DNA of 63,610 nucleotides, taken from IMG/VR virus record IMGVR_UViG_3300010048_000010, positions 1 through 63,610 of that record. One strand, written 5' to 3'. Below are positions 39,995 through 50,568 of the stretch, in pieces; the first letter of the stretch is position 1; each line of letters opens with the position of its first letter. The translations under genes and the position numbers were made by a program. The stretch comes from a virus (Duplodnaviria > Caudoviricetes). The notes beneath the pieces were generated by a model, which saw only the letters and a list, made by a program, of their open reading frames with translations, searched no databases and was not told where the DNA came from.

Positions 39995-40690
39995 ATGAAC
40001 GAAGAACGCGTACTCAACAAGATTCAGAAACTGCTGGCGCTGGCAAACGATCTGCGCGGCAACGAAACCGAGCGAGATACGGCACTCCGCCAAGCCTACG
40101 CGCTAATGGCGAAACATAATCTCGAACTGGCCGATCTGGAAGCGCATGGCCGAAAGATCGAAGAACAGCGTATCAACTTCACGAACGATTCCTGGTCGTG
40201 GACGTGGGCGCGACAAACCAGCCAAATCGTTGCAAAACTCTTCTTCTGCAAATACTACACTTCGTACAAAATCAACGGCACGCAATGCCGTCACCATTTC
40301 GTGGGACGCGAATCGAACGCTGTTACCGCGGCTGCGATGGCGAACTGGATCGTAAACGCGATCCTGAAAGAAGGCCGCGCGATCTACAAACAGAACACTG
40401 CGCCGGGCACTCGCGCATTCGCTATTGGCGCAATGCACAAGCTACATCAACGCGTCGAGGAAATCATCAAGCAGACGCAAGCCGAAGCTACTCCCGGCAA
40501 CGCACTCGTTCTGGCGAACCTCTATATCACTGAGGCAGACGCCAACGAAGAACTGCTGCCTGACAATCTCAAGACGTGCAAGGCGCGCAACAGTAAAGTC
40601 GACGCAAATGCCTATGCGCGCGGCATGGCATACGGCGCAGGTATCAACTTGAACAGCCAAATCGGCGAAGAAGCGAGAAAACTCAAGTAA
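39995..40690 (+). CDS. DUF2786-domain protein
   Basis: VLNKIQKLLALA...E...AL..A..LMAKHNL; AY..G...G..INLN.QI C-terminus. Confidence 0.8.
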   Translation: MNEERVLNKIQKLLALANDLRGNETERDTALRQAYALMAKHNLELADLEAHGRKIEEQRINFTNDSWSWTWARQTSQIVAKLFFCKYYTSYKINGTQCRHHFVGRESNAVTAAAMANWIVNAILKEGRAIYKQNTAPGTRAFAIGAMHKLHQRVEEIIKQTQAEATPGNALVLANLYITEADANEELLPDNLKTCKARNSKVDANAYARGMAYGAGINLNSQIGEEARKLK

Positions 40691-40921
40691 CCACATGGAG
40701 GCCCGCGAAAGCGGGCTTACTTATGTCAGGCATGCACTTTGAAGACTGGCTCGGTTACGACGACAGTTATGTGTCTACTGAGCAGACTCGCGCCATGTAT
40801 CAGCAAACATGGAACGCAATCCGGTGGCTCCCATGTGGTCACTTGAACCTCACTTCGCAAATCATACTGATCGCCCTTGAAACCACTTCTTATGCTAAAC
40901 AGGTTACGGAGACCATTTACC

Positions 40922-41458
40922 ATGCGCAATAAGACTAATCTCGGCACTGTGCCAGAAGACCTCGTACCGCTTGTCAAGAATCTCATGTGGAATTTGGAGC
41001 GCATGACAAAGGCTGGTGAGTATGTAGAACCAGTGTATTTTATCATCAGTCGAGAACAGCAGGAAATTGTACCAATCGTAACACCATTCGAATCACCGAA
41101 TATGAAGTATGCAGTTGCGAACATGATCCGCAAAATCGTCAAGCAGGAAAGCCCGAAAGCGGATTGTGTCATTTTCATGTGCGAAGCATGGCGTAAGGAG
41201 TACACGAAAAAGAAAGAAGAAGAGTGGAGTGCAGCAGCACTTGATAGAAAAACTCCAATCGCCGATAGACCAGGGCGAGTAGACATAATTTCAATAATGA
41301 TCGAAACATATGATGGAACTTGGGTTGCTGAGCCTCTTATTACTGGTGACCCTGGTGTACCTCGTACATTATCTGATATCAGTTTCGAAAGAATGGACTT
41401 TTTCGAAGGAGACATGTGCGGGTATTTGCCCCCGAAAAACAAAACGGAGATTAACTGA
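40922..41458 (+). CDS. hypothetical protein
   Basis: GGAG RBS, ATG 40922; VIFMCEAW motif. Confidence 0.6.
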   Translation: MRNKTNLGTVPEDLVPLVKNLMWNLERMTKAGEYVEPVYFIISREQQEIVPIVTPFESPNMKYAVANMIRKIVKQESPKADCVIFMCEAWRKEYTKKKEEEWSAAALDRKTPIADRPGRVDIISIMIETYDGTWVAEPLITGDPGVPRTLSDISFERMDFFEGDMCGYLPPKNKTEIN

Positions 41459-41934
41459 TGGCTGACCAATGGGAACGCGGAGTCATGTCTTGGAACGGAC
41501 TACATTCGAAAGTTTACGAGATGCGTCCGTCATGGCCCAGAGTTGTAGGCAACCAGGATGGCTTTGGCAAGTCGCGTGCTTACATCAATGGAGATTCTTT
41601 TATCATCTTTCGGACTTCGGGCCGCGCGCATCGCGAGCAAGGCGCTGAACTTAACCACTATGCTTACTTCGATTATAACAGTAAGCAATACTATTTTCAG
41701 GTGCCAAACGGTCCATTACCGAAAGATATAGCACTGCAGTTCGAGCACTTTTGGGTTCCGGGCGTCTATCCGCCTGATGAACAGGATCAGTCTAATCCGA
41801 ATTATTGGGGGAAGCCAGACCCCGAACCGAGGATCGAACAACACGTCCTGCAAGAACTGACGATCATTATCGAATCACTCGCCCGTGCGAACCTAGCTCT
41901 TACAAGATTGAAGAATTTCTTGGAAGCACGATGA
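41458..41934 (+). CDS. hypothetical protein
   Basis: 158 aa, TGATG coupling. Confidence 0.55.
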   Translation: MADQWERGVMSWNGLHSKVYEMRPSWPRVVGNQDGFGKSRAYINGDSFIIFRTSGRAHREQGAELNHYAYFDYNSKQYYFQVPNGPLPKDIALQFEHFWVPGVYPPDEQDQSNPNYWGKPDPEPRIEQHVLQELTIIIESLARANLALTRLKNFLEAR

Positions 41935-42196
41935 TGCAAATACTTAAAGAGGTAATTGCAACCATTGAGCAACTTCAATCGCTCAAAAGCGATTTTGTGG
42001 AGTTGCACGTCCAGATTCAAGAGTTGATCGACTACATTGATTATCATGAGTCTAGGAACCGGCGACCGGGGCACATGGATATTACCGTCATACAGGAAAT
42101 CAAACATCGACTTCATGCGCTACAAAGAAACATCGGTAAGAAGTGAAAACTAGCAGGAATTAGCCTATAATTCTATTATCGTTTTTGGAGAAAATT

Positions 42197-42667
42197 ATGG
42201 CAGCGCCCCGACCGACAATTGAAACTGAACAAAGCGAAGAACTGGATCGTCTCGTTGCGAATTGGTATGAAGCTTCGCAGAAACTCGCTGTTATCAAGGA
42301 AATGGAAGCCGAGGCGCGCGACAAACTGTTTGCGCACTTCTACAAGCCGGATGATCCCAAGCGTGCTGTTGCAGGAACTGAAAAGTTTGGTATGCCCGGC
42401 GGCTGGACGCTGGAAATCGAACGTCGAATCAACTGGAAGATCGATGAAGCAGCACTTCCAGCTGTTCTACAGACGATCAGTGAACTGAAAGCTGATCCTG
42501 AAACGGGTGAAGAACCGACGGTCGATGCCTGCATCAAATATAAGCCCAACTTCAGCGAAAGCGGCTATCGGGCATTGCGCGATGATGTGCGGTTAATTTT
42601 AAATCAGGCGTTGGAGTCCAAACCAGGTCAACCTGCAATCCAACTGAATAAGCCGAAACAAAATTGA
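42197..42667 (+). CDS. conserved phage protein of the recombination module
   Basis: GGAG RBS; N-terminal coiled coil, IKYKP.FSESGYRAL...KPGQP.I. Confidence 0.65.
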   Translation: MAAPRPTIETEQSEELDRLVANWYEASQKLAVIKEMEAEARDKLFAHFYKPDDPKRAVAGTEKFGMPGGWTLEIERRINWKIDEAALPAVLQTISELKADPETGEEPTVDACIKYKPNFSESGYRALRDDVRLILNQALESKPGQPAIQLNKPKQN

Positions 42668-43237
42668 TGGAGCACATCAACACGCAAATATTTCTCGCGT
42701 GGTGCGAGTACCGGCGATGGAATCAAGAGATTGACTGGCCCGGTACCGTTAAGGATTTTGCCACATGGCGTTCTCTTATGCTTAGGCATTATTCGCTAAT
42801 ACACATGTGGCTATGCAATGGAGTTGGACATGACCAAGATGAAAGCGCTTTTCGAACGACAGGGGGTAGATGACTGGGGCCAATACGCAGAAGCTAAGAA
42901 CGCGCGGCGCAATAAGAACCTCGCCGCAGCCCACGAAGTACTAACTCGTAATGGTATTCCTTACGAGGAACTCGAAACCGAATTGTTTCGTGTCCACAAG
43001 GACGATGGAACAGTTATCCTGTATCATCCGCCCACTGGGGAGTGGAAGGACGAACAACATACGGGATATGGTATTAGAAACCTCGTAAGGCACATAAAGG
43101 GACAAGTGATATGACCAATGGACTGGTGTTTGACTGGCTGCTTTCTTATAAAATGATTGGAGCGCACCCCGATCATATGGCGTTGCGCGAGCGTAATGAG
43201 GCACGGCTCGCGATACTCAAACAAGAGGGTAAACTCT

Positions 43238-44086
43238 ATGAATCGTCCACCGAACGCCTTCCCACTAGCAGGGATGGCACGGCCACCAGCGCCAGTCCAG
43301 CAAGCGCAACAGAACGCTCCGGTGGCCAACTTAGTGTGGTCTACTATCGGTGAGCAGGCTACTGATAGCGGATTAAAAACGCTAGTTTACGGGCAAGCAG
43401 GGGTGGGCAAAACGGTGTTATGTGCTACATTGCCCCTCCCTATCGTGTTCGTTAATGCGGAAAGCGGCGCGCTAAGCTTGCGCGAACAGAATTTGTTCAA
43501 GATATTCGTTGAACATCATGGCATGCACCCCGATCTGGCAACGGATCGGGCAAAAGCGGTGGCGAAGTCGCCTAGCGTGTTGGTGCGCAATGGCGCGGAA
43601 TTGCGAAGAGTTCATGAAGACTTGGTTCGGAATCCGGGCCATTATGCATCCCTCGCACTGGACAGTTTGTCTGAAATCGCCGAGGCGATGTTGGCATCGA
43701 TTATACCAACTACGACGAACTTGCAGAAAGCATACGGGGAAATGGCAGCAACAGTAGACGAGTTTGTCCGCAAATTCAGAAATGGATTGGTAGGCAAACA
43801 CGTTTGCTTCACTGCCAAAATGGAACCAATGAAGGACGAAGTAACCGGCATTGTCAAATGGGGGCCATCGTTTCCCGGTCAACAGCTTGGTAAACTCTCG
43901 CCATATTGGTTGGACGAAACTTTTTTCATGGGGGTGTGGACTGATCCAGCTAACCAACTACCGCCTCAGCGTTATTTGTTGACGCAACCCGATCAGAATT
44001 ACACTGCGAAAGATCGCAGTGGCGCATTAGATGTTATGGAAAGACCTGATTTGTCGTACATTATCGACAAAATCACGAACTCATGA
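43238..44086 (+). CDS. Sak4-like AAA_24 ATPase (ssDNA annealing/recombination)
   Basis: Walker A YGQAGVGKT, AESG, LDSLSEIAE, AKDRSG.L. Confidence 0.85.
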   Translation: MNRPPNAFPLAGMARPPAPVQQAQQNAPVANLVWSTIGEQATDSGLKTLVYGQAGVGKTVLCATLPLPIVFVNAESGALSLREQNLFKIFVEHHGMHPDLATDRAKAVAKSPSVLVRNGAELRRVHEDLVRNPGHYASLALDSLSEIAEAMLASIIPTTTNLQKAYGEMAATVDEFVRKFRNGLVGKHVCFTAKMEPMKDEVTGIVKWGPSFPGQQLGKLSPYWLDETFFMGVWTDPANQLPPQRYLLTQPDQNYTAKDRSGALDVMERPDLSYIIDKITNS

Positions 44087-44093
44087 GGAAATT

Positions 44094-44840
44094 ATGGACG
44101 CCAATCTACTCGCGTTCCCATTCGATGCAACCCAGTACGAACCGTTCGTCGGCGGCTTCAAAGTCTATGAAGCTGGTATCTACTTGATGGCTATTACGGA
44201 TATGGCACCGCAAATGGTCCGCGGTAGTCAAACCAATGGCTTGTTGCGCGTCGAATACACGATTTACAGCGATTCGCATCGCGGCGAAAAGTTCACTGAA
44301 TTCCTGAACCTGTGGAATTACGACAGCGAGCAAGCAGTCGAAATCGCCTACCGGCAACTTTCATCGATTGCCTACGCTGTGGGTAAATTGCAAGTTCAAA
44401 ATCTCGTTGAATTTGCGAACCTACCGATGATGGTCGAACTGGACTACACTGAAGCAGTTCAAGGTGGCGTGGATGGCATGGGGCGCGATATCAAGCCACA
44501 GCCCGCGCGTAACCGTGTGGTTCGTCGTTCGCCATACGATCAGGAGCAAGCCGCGCAAGCGCAGCCCCACCGCCCAATGAACCCGGCTATGCAACCGAAT
44601 CAGAATGCCGCGCAAGCCGCTAGCGCCCCTCCGATGGGCTCCCCTATGCAGAATGCGCAGCAAGCCCAGCAAGCGGCTCCCACGCAGCCCGCGCGGCAAA
44701 CGCCCCCGCCTTTTGCAGCGCGCGGTAATGGCGCAGCAGGAGCGCCACAAATGCCGAATCAACCGGCAGCAATGCAACAAACTGTGGCCGCGCAAATGCC
44801 GGGTCAACAAGCAGTTCCTCCGTGGGCGCAACCGAAATAA
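44094..44840 (+). CDS. DUF669-like single-stranded DNA-binding protein
   Basis: FDATQ.EP...G.Y...LNLWN....AVEIA.RQLSSI..AVG; Gln/Pro tail ending PPW. Confidence 0.8.
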   Translation: MDANLLAFPFDATQYEPFVGGFKVYEAGIYLMAITDMAPQMVRGSQTNGLLRVEYTIYSDSHRGEKFTEFLNLWNYDSEQAVEIAYRQLSSIAYAVGKLQVQNLVEFANLPMMVELDYTEAVQGGVDGMGRDIKPQPARNRVVRRSPYDQEQAAQAQPHRPMNPAMQPNQNAAQAASAPPMGSPMQNAQQAQQAAPTQPARQTPPPFAARGNGAAGAPQMPNQPAAMQQTVAAQMPGQQAVPPWAQPK

Positions 44841-44870
44841 GGAGTGGAGGGGGAAACCCCTCCTAACCAC

Positions 44871-45794
44871 ATGGTCACACTCGCCACGCAGACTCTAGAG
44901 GCTATCGATGCAGCCATTTACAAGGATCAAGGCCGGTTGTTCCGCCACCATTTACGCGAGCATATACTTGATGTTGATGATGCGTACAACGACGAAGAAC
45001 ACGACCAATTCCGTTCCCACCTGGGTATCAGTATGTCAGGGCGCGAATGTGCCCGTGAGCTATGGTATAAGTTCCGATGGGCGACTCCGACTGTACTCAG
45101 TGGCAAGACTCTTAGACTCTTCAACAGGGGACACCTCGAAGAAGCTAGATTTGTCGCAATGCTTCGTACCATTGGATGCGAAGTATGGCGGGAGGAAGGC
45201 CCAAATAAACAGTTTCGCGTTACACTGTACGGAGGCCATTATGGCTCAGCCATCGACGGTGTGGTTCTTGGCATACCTGAAATGCCTACGGTACCGCTCC
45301 TCGCTGAGTTCAAGACACACAATGAGAAATCGTTCAGGAAACTAGCAGGAGGCGAAGGTGTTCCTCCACAAGGTGTTCAAAAGGCTAAGCTCGAACATTA
45401 TGTCCAGATGCAGCAATACACTGGATATTATAACCTCAGTCACGCACTCTATGGAGCCGTCAATAAAGATACCGACGAACTCTACTTCGAAATCGTTCCA
45501 TACGACAAAGCGTGCGATGAACACTTCAGGGACCGATCCCACAAAATCATGTGGGCCAGAGAAGCACCGCCGAAAATTAGTCCAAATCCGACATTCTGGA
45601 AATGCCGTTTTTGCGACGAACGGCGTGTATGCCACTACGACGCGACACCGGCGTTTAATTGCCGTACATGCGCAGCAAGTCGACCTCTTGACGATGGTAC
45701 CTGGTGGTGTGATACGCATCAAGCCACCCTTGATAAACAGCGCCAATTGGCCGGTTGTCCTGACTGGCAGCAACACCACTCATTTCACACGTAG
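44871..45794 (+). CDS. Cas4-like PD-(D/E)xK exonuclease
   Basis: RSHLG.S..G.EC.R.LWY.FRW, GSAIDG, EFKTHN, QMQ.Y, CRFC...C, CRTC. Confidence 0.85.
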   Translation: MVTLATQTLEAIDAAIYKDQGRLFRHHLREHILDVDDAYNDEEHDQFRSHLGISMSGRECARELWYKFRWATPTVLSGKTLRLFNRGHLEEARFVAMLRTIGCEVWREEGPNKQFRVTLYGGHYGSAIDGVVLGIPEMPTVPLLAEFKTHNEKSFRKLAGGEGVPPQGVQKAKLEHYVQMQQYTGYYNLSHALYGAVNKDTDELYFEIVPYDKACDEHFRDRSHKIMWAREAPPKISPNPTFWKCRFCDERRVCHYDATPAFNCRTCAASRPLDDGTWWCDTHQATLDKQRQLAGCPDWQQHHSFHT

Positions 45795-45803
45795 GAGGCT
45801 ACC

Positions 45804-45968
45804 GTGCCTAAAACGTTCGCTTCACAAGCCCAAGCCCGTTTGTTTCACGCGGCTACCGAGAAACCAATCAAAGGTCTCAAGCAATCAGTGGCAAAGAAGG
45901 TGGTGAAAGAGACTGCTGGGAAACCAATCAAGCAGCTACCACAGCATGTCAAAAAGGACAAGAAATGA
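45804..45968 (+). CDS. small basic protein (54 aa; not in the ORF track)
   Basis: AGGAGG RBS, GTG start; MPKTFASQAQARLFHAA...LPQHVKKDKK*. Confidence 0.65.
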   Translation: MPKTFASQAQARLFHAATEKPIKGLKQSVAKKVVKETAGKPIKQLPQHVKKDKK

Positions 45969-46201
45969 GCAAAAACCTCTTACATAAGACCAAGCTCGAA
46001 CAATTCAAGGCATGGCTTGATGCTAACCACATTGAGCATCGACCCGGACGCGGCGATTTTCAAGTACTGCAAGTCAAGACGAAAAATGGACACTGGCAAT
46101 GCGTTTTCGACCGTGTCTACATGCCAGAACATTTTACGGTGGCGTGGCCTTTGGAGAGTATAGTTCATCGGTTCATCAAGGATAGTAAAGCGCTTAGCTA
46201 A
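45965..46201 (+). CDS. hypothetical protein
   Basis: 78 aa, ATGA coupling. Confidence 0.6.
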   Translation: MSKNLLHKTKLEQFKAWLDANHIEHRPGRGDFQVLQVKTKNGHWQCVFDRVYMPEHFTVAWPLESIVHRFIKDSKALS

Positions 46202-46224
46202 TTTACTTTTCTGCTATTTTTAAA

Positions 46225-47889
46225 ATGCTACTTAAACCACGGGATTATCAGGAATTCGGCGTCGACGCGACGTTCCGGTACTTTGAGCAATATGGTGGTA
46301 ATCCGCTGTTGCTCTACCCGACAGCAACTGGTAAATCCGTGGTGGTAGCTGGCATTTGTGTGCGCGCGCTGTCTGAATATCCACAGACACGCATACTAAT
46401 GCTAACCAAGACTCAAGAACTAGTAGAACAAAACTATGACAAACTCAAGTTGGCTTGGAGCGATGCGCCGGTTGGCATCTATTGTGATGGACTGGATCGA
46501 AAGCAGCATCATTATCCCATTACTTTCGGCACTATTGGTTCTGTCTACAGGTGCGGCGATATTTTTGGTTACATTGACTTTATTATTGTCGATGAGTGCC
46601 ACGAAATTAGCCAAAAAGATGAGTCGATGTACCGCAAGCTCATCAACAAACTCAAAGAACGAAACCCATATCTAAAAGTCATCGGGCTGACTGCTACCGG
46701 CTACCGGATGAAGCAGGGCAAGCTAACTGATGGTGAGAATGCGCTGTTCACCGATATCATTGTGGATAGCTGCGGACTTGAAGCCTATAACTGGTACTTC
46801 GATCAGGGTTATCTGGTACCTCCAATACCACGCCCAACTAAGACTCAATACGATCTGGCGAACGTCAAGATAAACGGAGGGGAGTATGAGTCTGCATCGC
46901 TACAGAAGGAAGTCGACAACGATCAGAAAAATGAAGCCGCCGTCCTTGAAATGGTTGAGTGGTCACATGACCGTAACTGTTGTGTGGTATTTAGTTCCGG
47001 CGTGGAACACGCGCGGCATCTGTACGAAATGCTTGAGTACCATGGACAGAACGTCACTTGGGTGGCTTCCAAAAGTATGTCACCAAGCGAACGCACCAAG
47101 CGCATTACGGCATTCAAGAACGGGGAATTCAAATGGATAGTGAACAATGGGATTCTAACGACTGGCTTCGATCACCCACCGATCGACTTTATCGGTATGG
47201 TGCGGCATACCTTGTCGCCGGGGCTTTGGGTGCAGATGTGTGGCCGTGGGACACGACCACTTTATGCACCGGGCTTCGACCTAGAGAGTCAGACTGGTCG
47301 TTTAGAAGCGATATGGAACTCACCCAAGCGAAACTGTATGATCTTGGACTTCGCTCAGAATGTGACTAGACTGGGGCCAATCAACGATCCAAGAGTACCG
47401 CAGCCAAAAGAGCGTAAACGGATGGGTGATGCACCGATCCGTATCTGCGACGCTTGCGGGTGCTACAACCATGCCGCCGCTGCTATCTGCTGGAACTGTG
47501 GTTACGTTTTCCCGCGTACTCTCAAAATCGGACAAGCAGGCACCGCTGATTTGATTCGTACAAATGCTGTTCGTCATGCGCCATTAGAGATAAGAGAGCG
47601 CGCCGTCGACCGCGTAGCTTATACACGCTGGAAGAAAAAAGATAGACCGGATTCGATGAAGGTTATCTATCACTGCGGCGCGAAACAATACACGGAATGG
47701 GTTTGCTTGGAACATGAAGGGTATGCCAAGCATAAGGCGCATGAATGGTGGGACAAGCGCGCGACCACATTGCAGATTCCGCATGATATCACCGAAGCGC
47801 TAGGACTTTGCGGGACTCTCAAGCAACCACGTATCATCAAAGTGGTTGTCAACCAACCGCATGGAGAAATCGTAGACTATGTCTTCTAA
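46225..47889 (+). CDS. SF2 DExH helicase (RadD/YejH-like) with Zn finger
   Basis: PRDYQ, PTATGKS, DECH, GLTAT, LTTGFD, QMCGRGTR, CDAC..CWNC. Confidence 0.9.
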   Translation: MLLKPRDYQEFGVDATFRYFEQYGGNPLLLYPTATGKSVVVAGICVRALSEYPQTRILMLTKTQELVEQNYDKLKLAWSDAPVGIYCDGLDRKQHHYPITFGTIGSVYRCGDIFGYIDFIIVDECHEISQKDESMYRKLINKLKERNPYLKVIGLTATGYRMKQGKLTDGENALFTDIIVDSCGLEAYNWYFDQGYLVPPIPRPTKTQYDLANVKINGGEYESASLQKEVDNDQKNEAAVLEMVEWSHDRNCCVVFSSGVEHARHLYEMLEYHGQNVTWVASKSMSPSERTKRITAFKNGEFKWIVNNGILTTGFDHPPIDFIGMVRHTLSPGLWVQMCGRGTRPLYAPGFDLESQTGRLEAIWNSPKRNCMILDFAQNVTRLGPINDPRVPQPKERKRMGDAPIRICDACGCYNHAAAAICWNCGYVFPRTLKIGQAGTADLIRTNAVRHAPLEIRERAVDRVAYTRWKKKDRPDSMKVIYHCGAKQYTEWVCLEHEGYAKHKAHEWWDKRATTLQIPHDITEALGLCGTLKQPRIIKVVVNQPHGEIVDYVF

Positions 47890-48193
47890 CGAACCTACTG
47901 GCGCGGTTTGGGCTATCAATCCGCCAGCCCCCGCCAAGCATAATGTGCTGGAAAGTCGGAAGCAGTTCGTCATACGCAGTGAGATAGCTATGGTGAACAA
48001 CTTCACGTGGCAATGCTGCTTGAACTGTGATAACTGGACCAAGAGTAGCAGCAAACAGGTGTCTGATGAAACCAAGTATGAAGGCTATAGGCTGGAAGAT
48101 ACCGGCCCCAAGTGCATGAAATTCGATGTACTTCCTCCACCTGAAGTAATCGTTACTGGCTGCGAACACCATGAGGACATGATTCCATTCTGA
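47879..48193 (+). CDS. small Cys-rich protein
   Basis: CLNC...C...PPPEVIVTGC....DMIPF. Confidence 0.55.
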   Translation: MSSNEPTGAVWAINPPAPAKHNVLESRKQFVIRSEIAMVNNFTWQCCLNCDNWTKSSSKQVSDETKYEGYRLEDTGPKCMKFDVLPPPEVIVTGCEHHEDMIPF

Positions 48194-48272
48194 GCACCAA
48201 AAAACTCTTGAGTTAACTAGGAAATTCTTGGATAATATAATCAATCAAAACGATTTCTCAGGAGGGAATCAA

Positions 48273-48944
48273 ATGTATGTTCTAATCGATACAAAAGAAA
48301 TGCGGATGGTTGCCGCTGCCCACAAGCGTAGCCACATGGAACTCATCCGCCTGGTGGATTTTGCAGACCTCGACGATTGCACATGCAACGCGAATGACGG
48401 CGGAAGCTGGACGCATTTCACACGCGAGCAGATGGCACAGCTGTACAAGAATACGAGCGGCTTGCAGGAAGCACTGGAGTATGGTGAAGCAATCGAACAG
48501 CTTCGCAGCTACGTGCTGACCTGGTCCGACTATCCGAAGTCGGAAGAACAGCTGGAAGATGAACTGCGCGATATGCAAGGGGAAGATGACATTCCCAATG
48601 ATGACCCGATCAAGCAACAGATCGCGGCCAACCAGGCAATGCGCAAGGCACATCAAGAGACCATCGCGATTGTTGAGGAAGCCAATGCGCGCGAGGCGCA
48701 TAAACCGGCGGCTGAACGCGCGGTGAAGCCCGCAGCAGAAGCCAAGCCGAAAGTGACACGAAGCGCACCGATGCAAGGCGTGACCAAGCGCGTATGGGAA
48801 ATTGCGGACGCCTGCTATGACCCGAACGTAGAACTGAAAGCGACGCGCAAGAAGATCATGGAGTTGGCTGAACAAGAAGGCATCCACCCGGGTACGGCAG
48901 CGACGCAGTACGGAAAATGGAAGGCCGAGCGAGGCTACGCGTGA
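48273..48944 (+). CDS. protein with C-terminal putative DNA-binding domain (family copy 2)
   Basis: CAGGAGG RBS; KRVWEIAD...GIHPGTAATQYGKWK; promoter-like TTGAGT-17 nt-GATAAT at 48208-48236. Confidence 0.7.
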   Translation: MYVLIDTKEMRMVAAAHKRSHMELIRLVDFADLDDCTCNANDGGSWTHFTREQMAQLYKNTSGLQEALEYGEAIEQLRSYVLTWSDYPKSEEQLEDELRDMQGEDDIPNDDPIKQQIAANQAMRKAHQETIAIVEEANAREAHKPAAERAVKPAAEAKPKVTRSAPMQGVTKRVWEIADACYDPNVELKATRKKIMELAEQEGIHPGTAATQYGKWKAERGYA

Positions 48945-49909
48945 GACATTCTGTCCACATTGATGAACCGGACCTCGATGAACCCGATGGTCCGCTTATG
49001 TTCTGCTCGTACTGCGACTGCGATGTGCACGCAGTGCGAGTTGACGAAGGGATCGGCGCTTATGAGTACTGGGGTTCGAAAGGAGTCCATCACGACTGGC
49101 GCTGGCACTGTCCAACTTGCGATGAGGACTTGGGATAATGGTACAAGATATCGGCGAGGCAATCGAACAGATTCAGAAACTGAGACTGATGCTGCTGACT
49201 GTTCTGGATCAAGTCGACTATACTGCTCAGGCTTGCGCGCCTACTGAAATGGTAGGGGCTTGCTTGCCGCGCGAAGTGATCGACCAAGCCCGTGACATTT
49301 TAGAGAAAACAAAACCATGATTCTGCATGTAATCGGGGTACTGGTTATAATTTACATGTTGATCGGACTCATCGGTCGAGAAGCAACGTTTGCACTAGTC
49401 GCTCTCGTTGCCGGTATCGGGGCAATTGTCGTGGCAATTGGAGTGACATACGCTTTAATGCACTGACTTCTAACTCAGCGCGCGTTCCACGGTTTGCGCA
49501 AGCGGGGGTAAAAGGCAGGTCTGGCCGGCACCTGTGGAAGAAAGCCGGCGTCTCTTACTGGAGAATAAACCGTGCGACCTGAACGACACCCCATGTCCTG
49601 TCCACATTGTGGGAAAATCAATGATTGTCATACGGCTACTGACCAGAGTGATAACAAGCCGGTGGATGGCGATTGTGCTTTATGTATCGGTTGTGGCAAG
49701 TGGTCTATATTCGATCATGAATCACTCAGACTCCCCACCATGCAAGAATGGGCGACCATTCTCGGCGACCCGGAATGTATAAAGACCGAGCGTGCATGGA
49801 GACGCATGGATTACGAACGCGCGAGGGGATTTTTTAATACATAAAAGCGCGTGCATATACAGGCTGGTTGGCATAGCATAGAATAGCCAACATCAGGAGA
49901 GATTAGATC

Positions 49910-50530
49910 ATGGCTAAACGCTCAGCAGCCGCAAAGAAACTTGAACCGGAGGACAATATGGAAGCAGCACAAACACACGATCCTCAAGACCCGAACGAAC
50001 CGGGTGATCCTGTCGATCCGCAACCGAACGGCGACGAACCTGGCCAAGAACAGCCGCAAGGCGAACAACTTCCGGCCCGTGATTTCGACGCCGAAGAAGC
50101 CGAACTGAAAGCGAAACTGGCCGCGCTGAAGTCGGACAAGAAGGCCGCAAACAAAGCCAACGGCACCAAAGCACCCAAGGCCAAGAAAGCACCTGTTGAA
50201 CGACCGCCCAAGGATGAAGCAAACGGCGTCACGCGTCCCGGCACTGGCGTCACGAAACAGGTATGGGATACCGCAGACATGCTGTCGCAGCGTCTCGGTA
50301 CCTACGTCGACCGCGCTACTCTGACCGAAGTGTTGAGCGGCAAAGTCGAAATCGGTACGATCCATACCCAGTACGGTCGCTGGAGGAAGTACTATGGCTT
50401 GACTGAAACAGCCGACCAACGGAAGGCACGCATGGATCAAATCCGCGCAGCCAAGCTTGAACAGATCGGCGTTCAACCGGGGCAAGAACCGGCACCGCAG
50501 GGAGAAGCACAGCAAGGCGCTACGCAATAG
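49910..50530 (+). CDS. protein with putative DNA-binding domain (family copy 3)
   Basis: CAGGAG RBS; KQVWDTAD...GTIHTQYGRWRK. Confidence 0.7.
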   Translation: MAKRSAAAKKLEPEDNMEAAQTHDPQDPNEPGDPVDPQPNGDEPGQEQPQGEQLPARDFDAEEAELKAKLAALKSDKKAANKANGTKAPKAKKAPVERPPKDEANGVTRPGTGVTKQVWDTADMLSQRLGTYVDRATLTEVLSGKVEIGTIHTQYGRWRKYYGLTETADQRKARMDQIRAAKLEQIGVQPGQEPAPQGEAQQGATQ

Positions 50531-50541
50531 CGCTTTTCAAG

Positions 50542-50565
50542 CCTATTCTATTCTGCTAGAATAGG
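50542..50565 (+). promoter_or_regulatory. extended -10 promoter inside a palindrome; likely drives the ncRNA array and Ro60
   Basis: TGcTAGAAT (50554-50562) within the inverted repeat CCTATTCTA/TAGAATAGG. Confidence 0.6.
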
Positions 50566-50568
50566 ATT

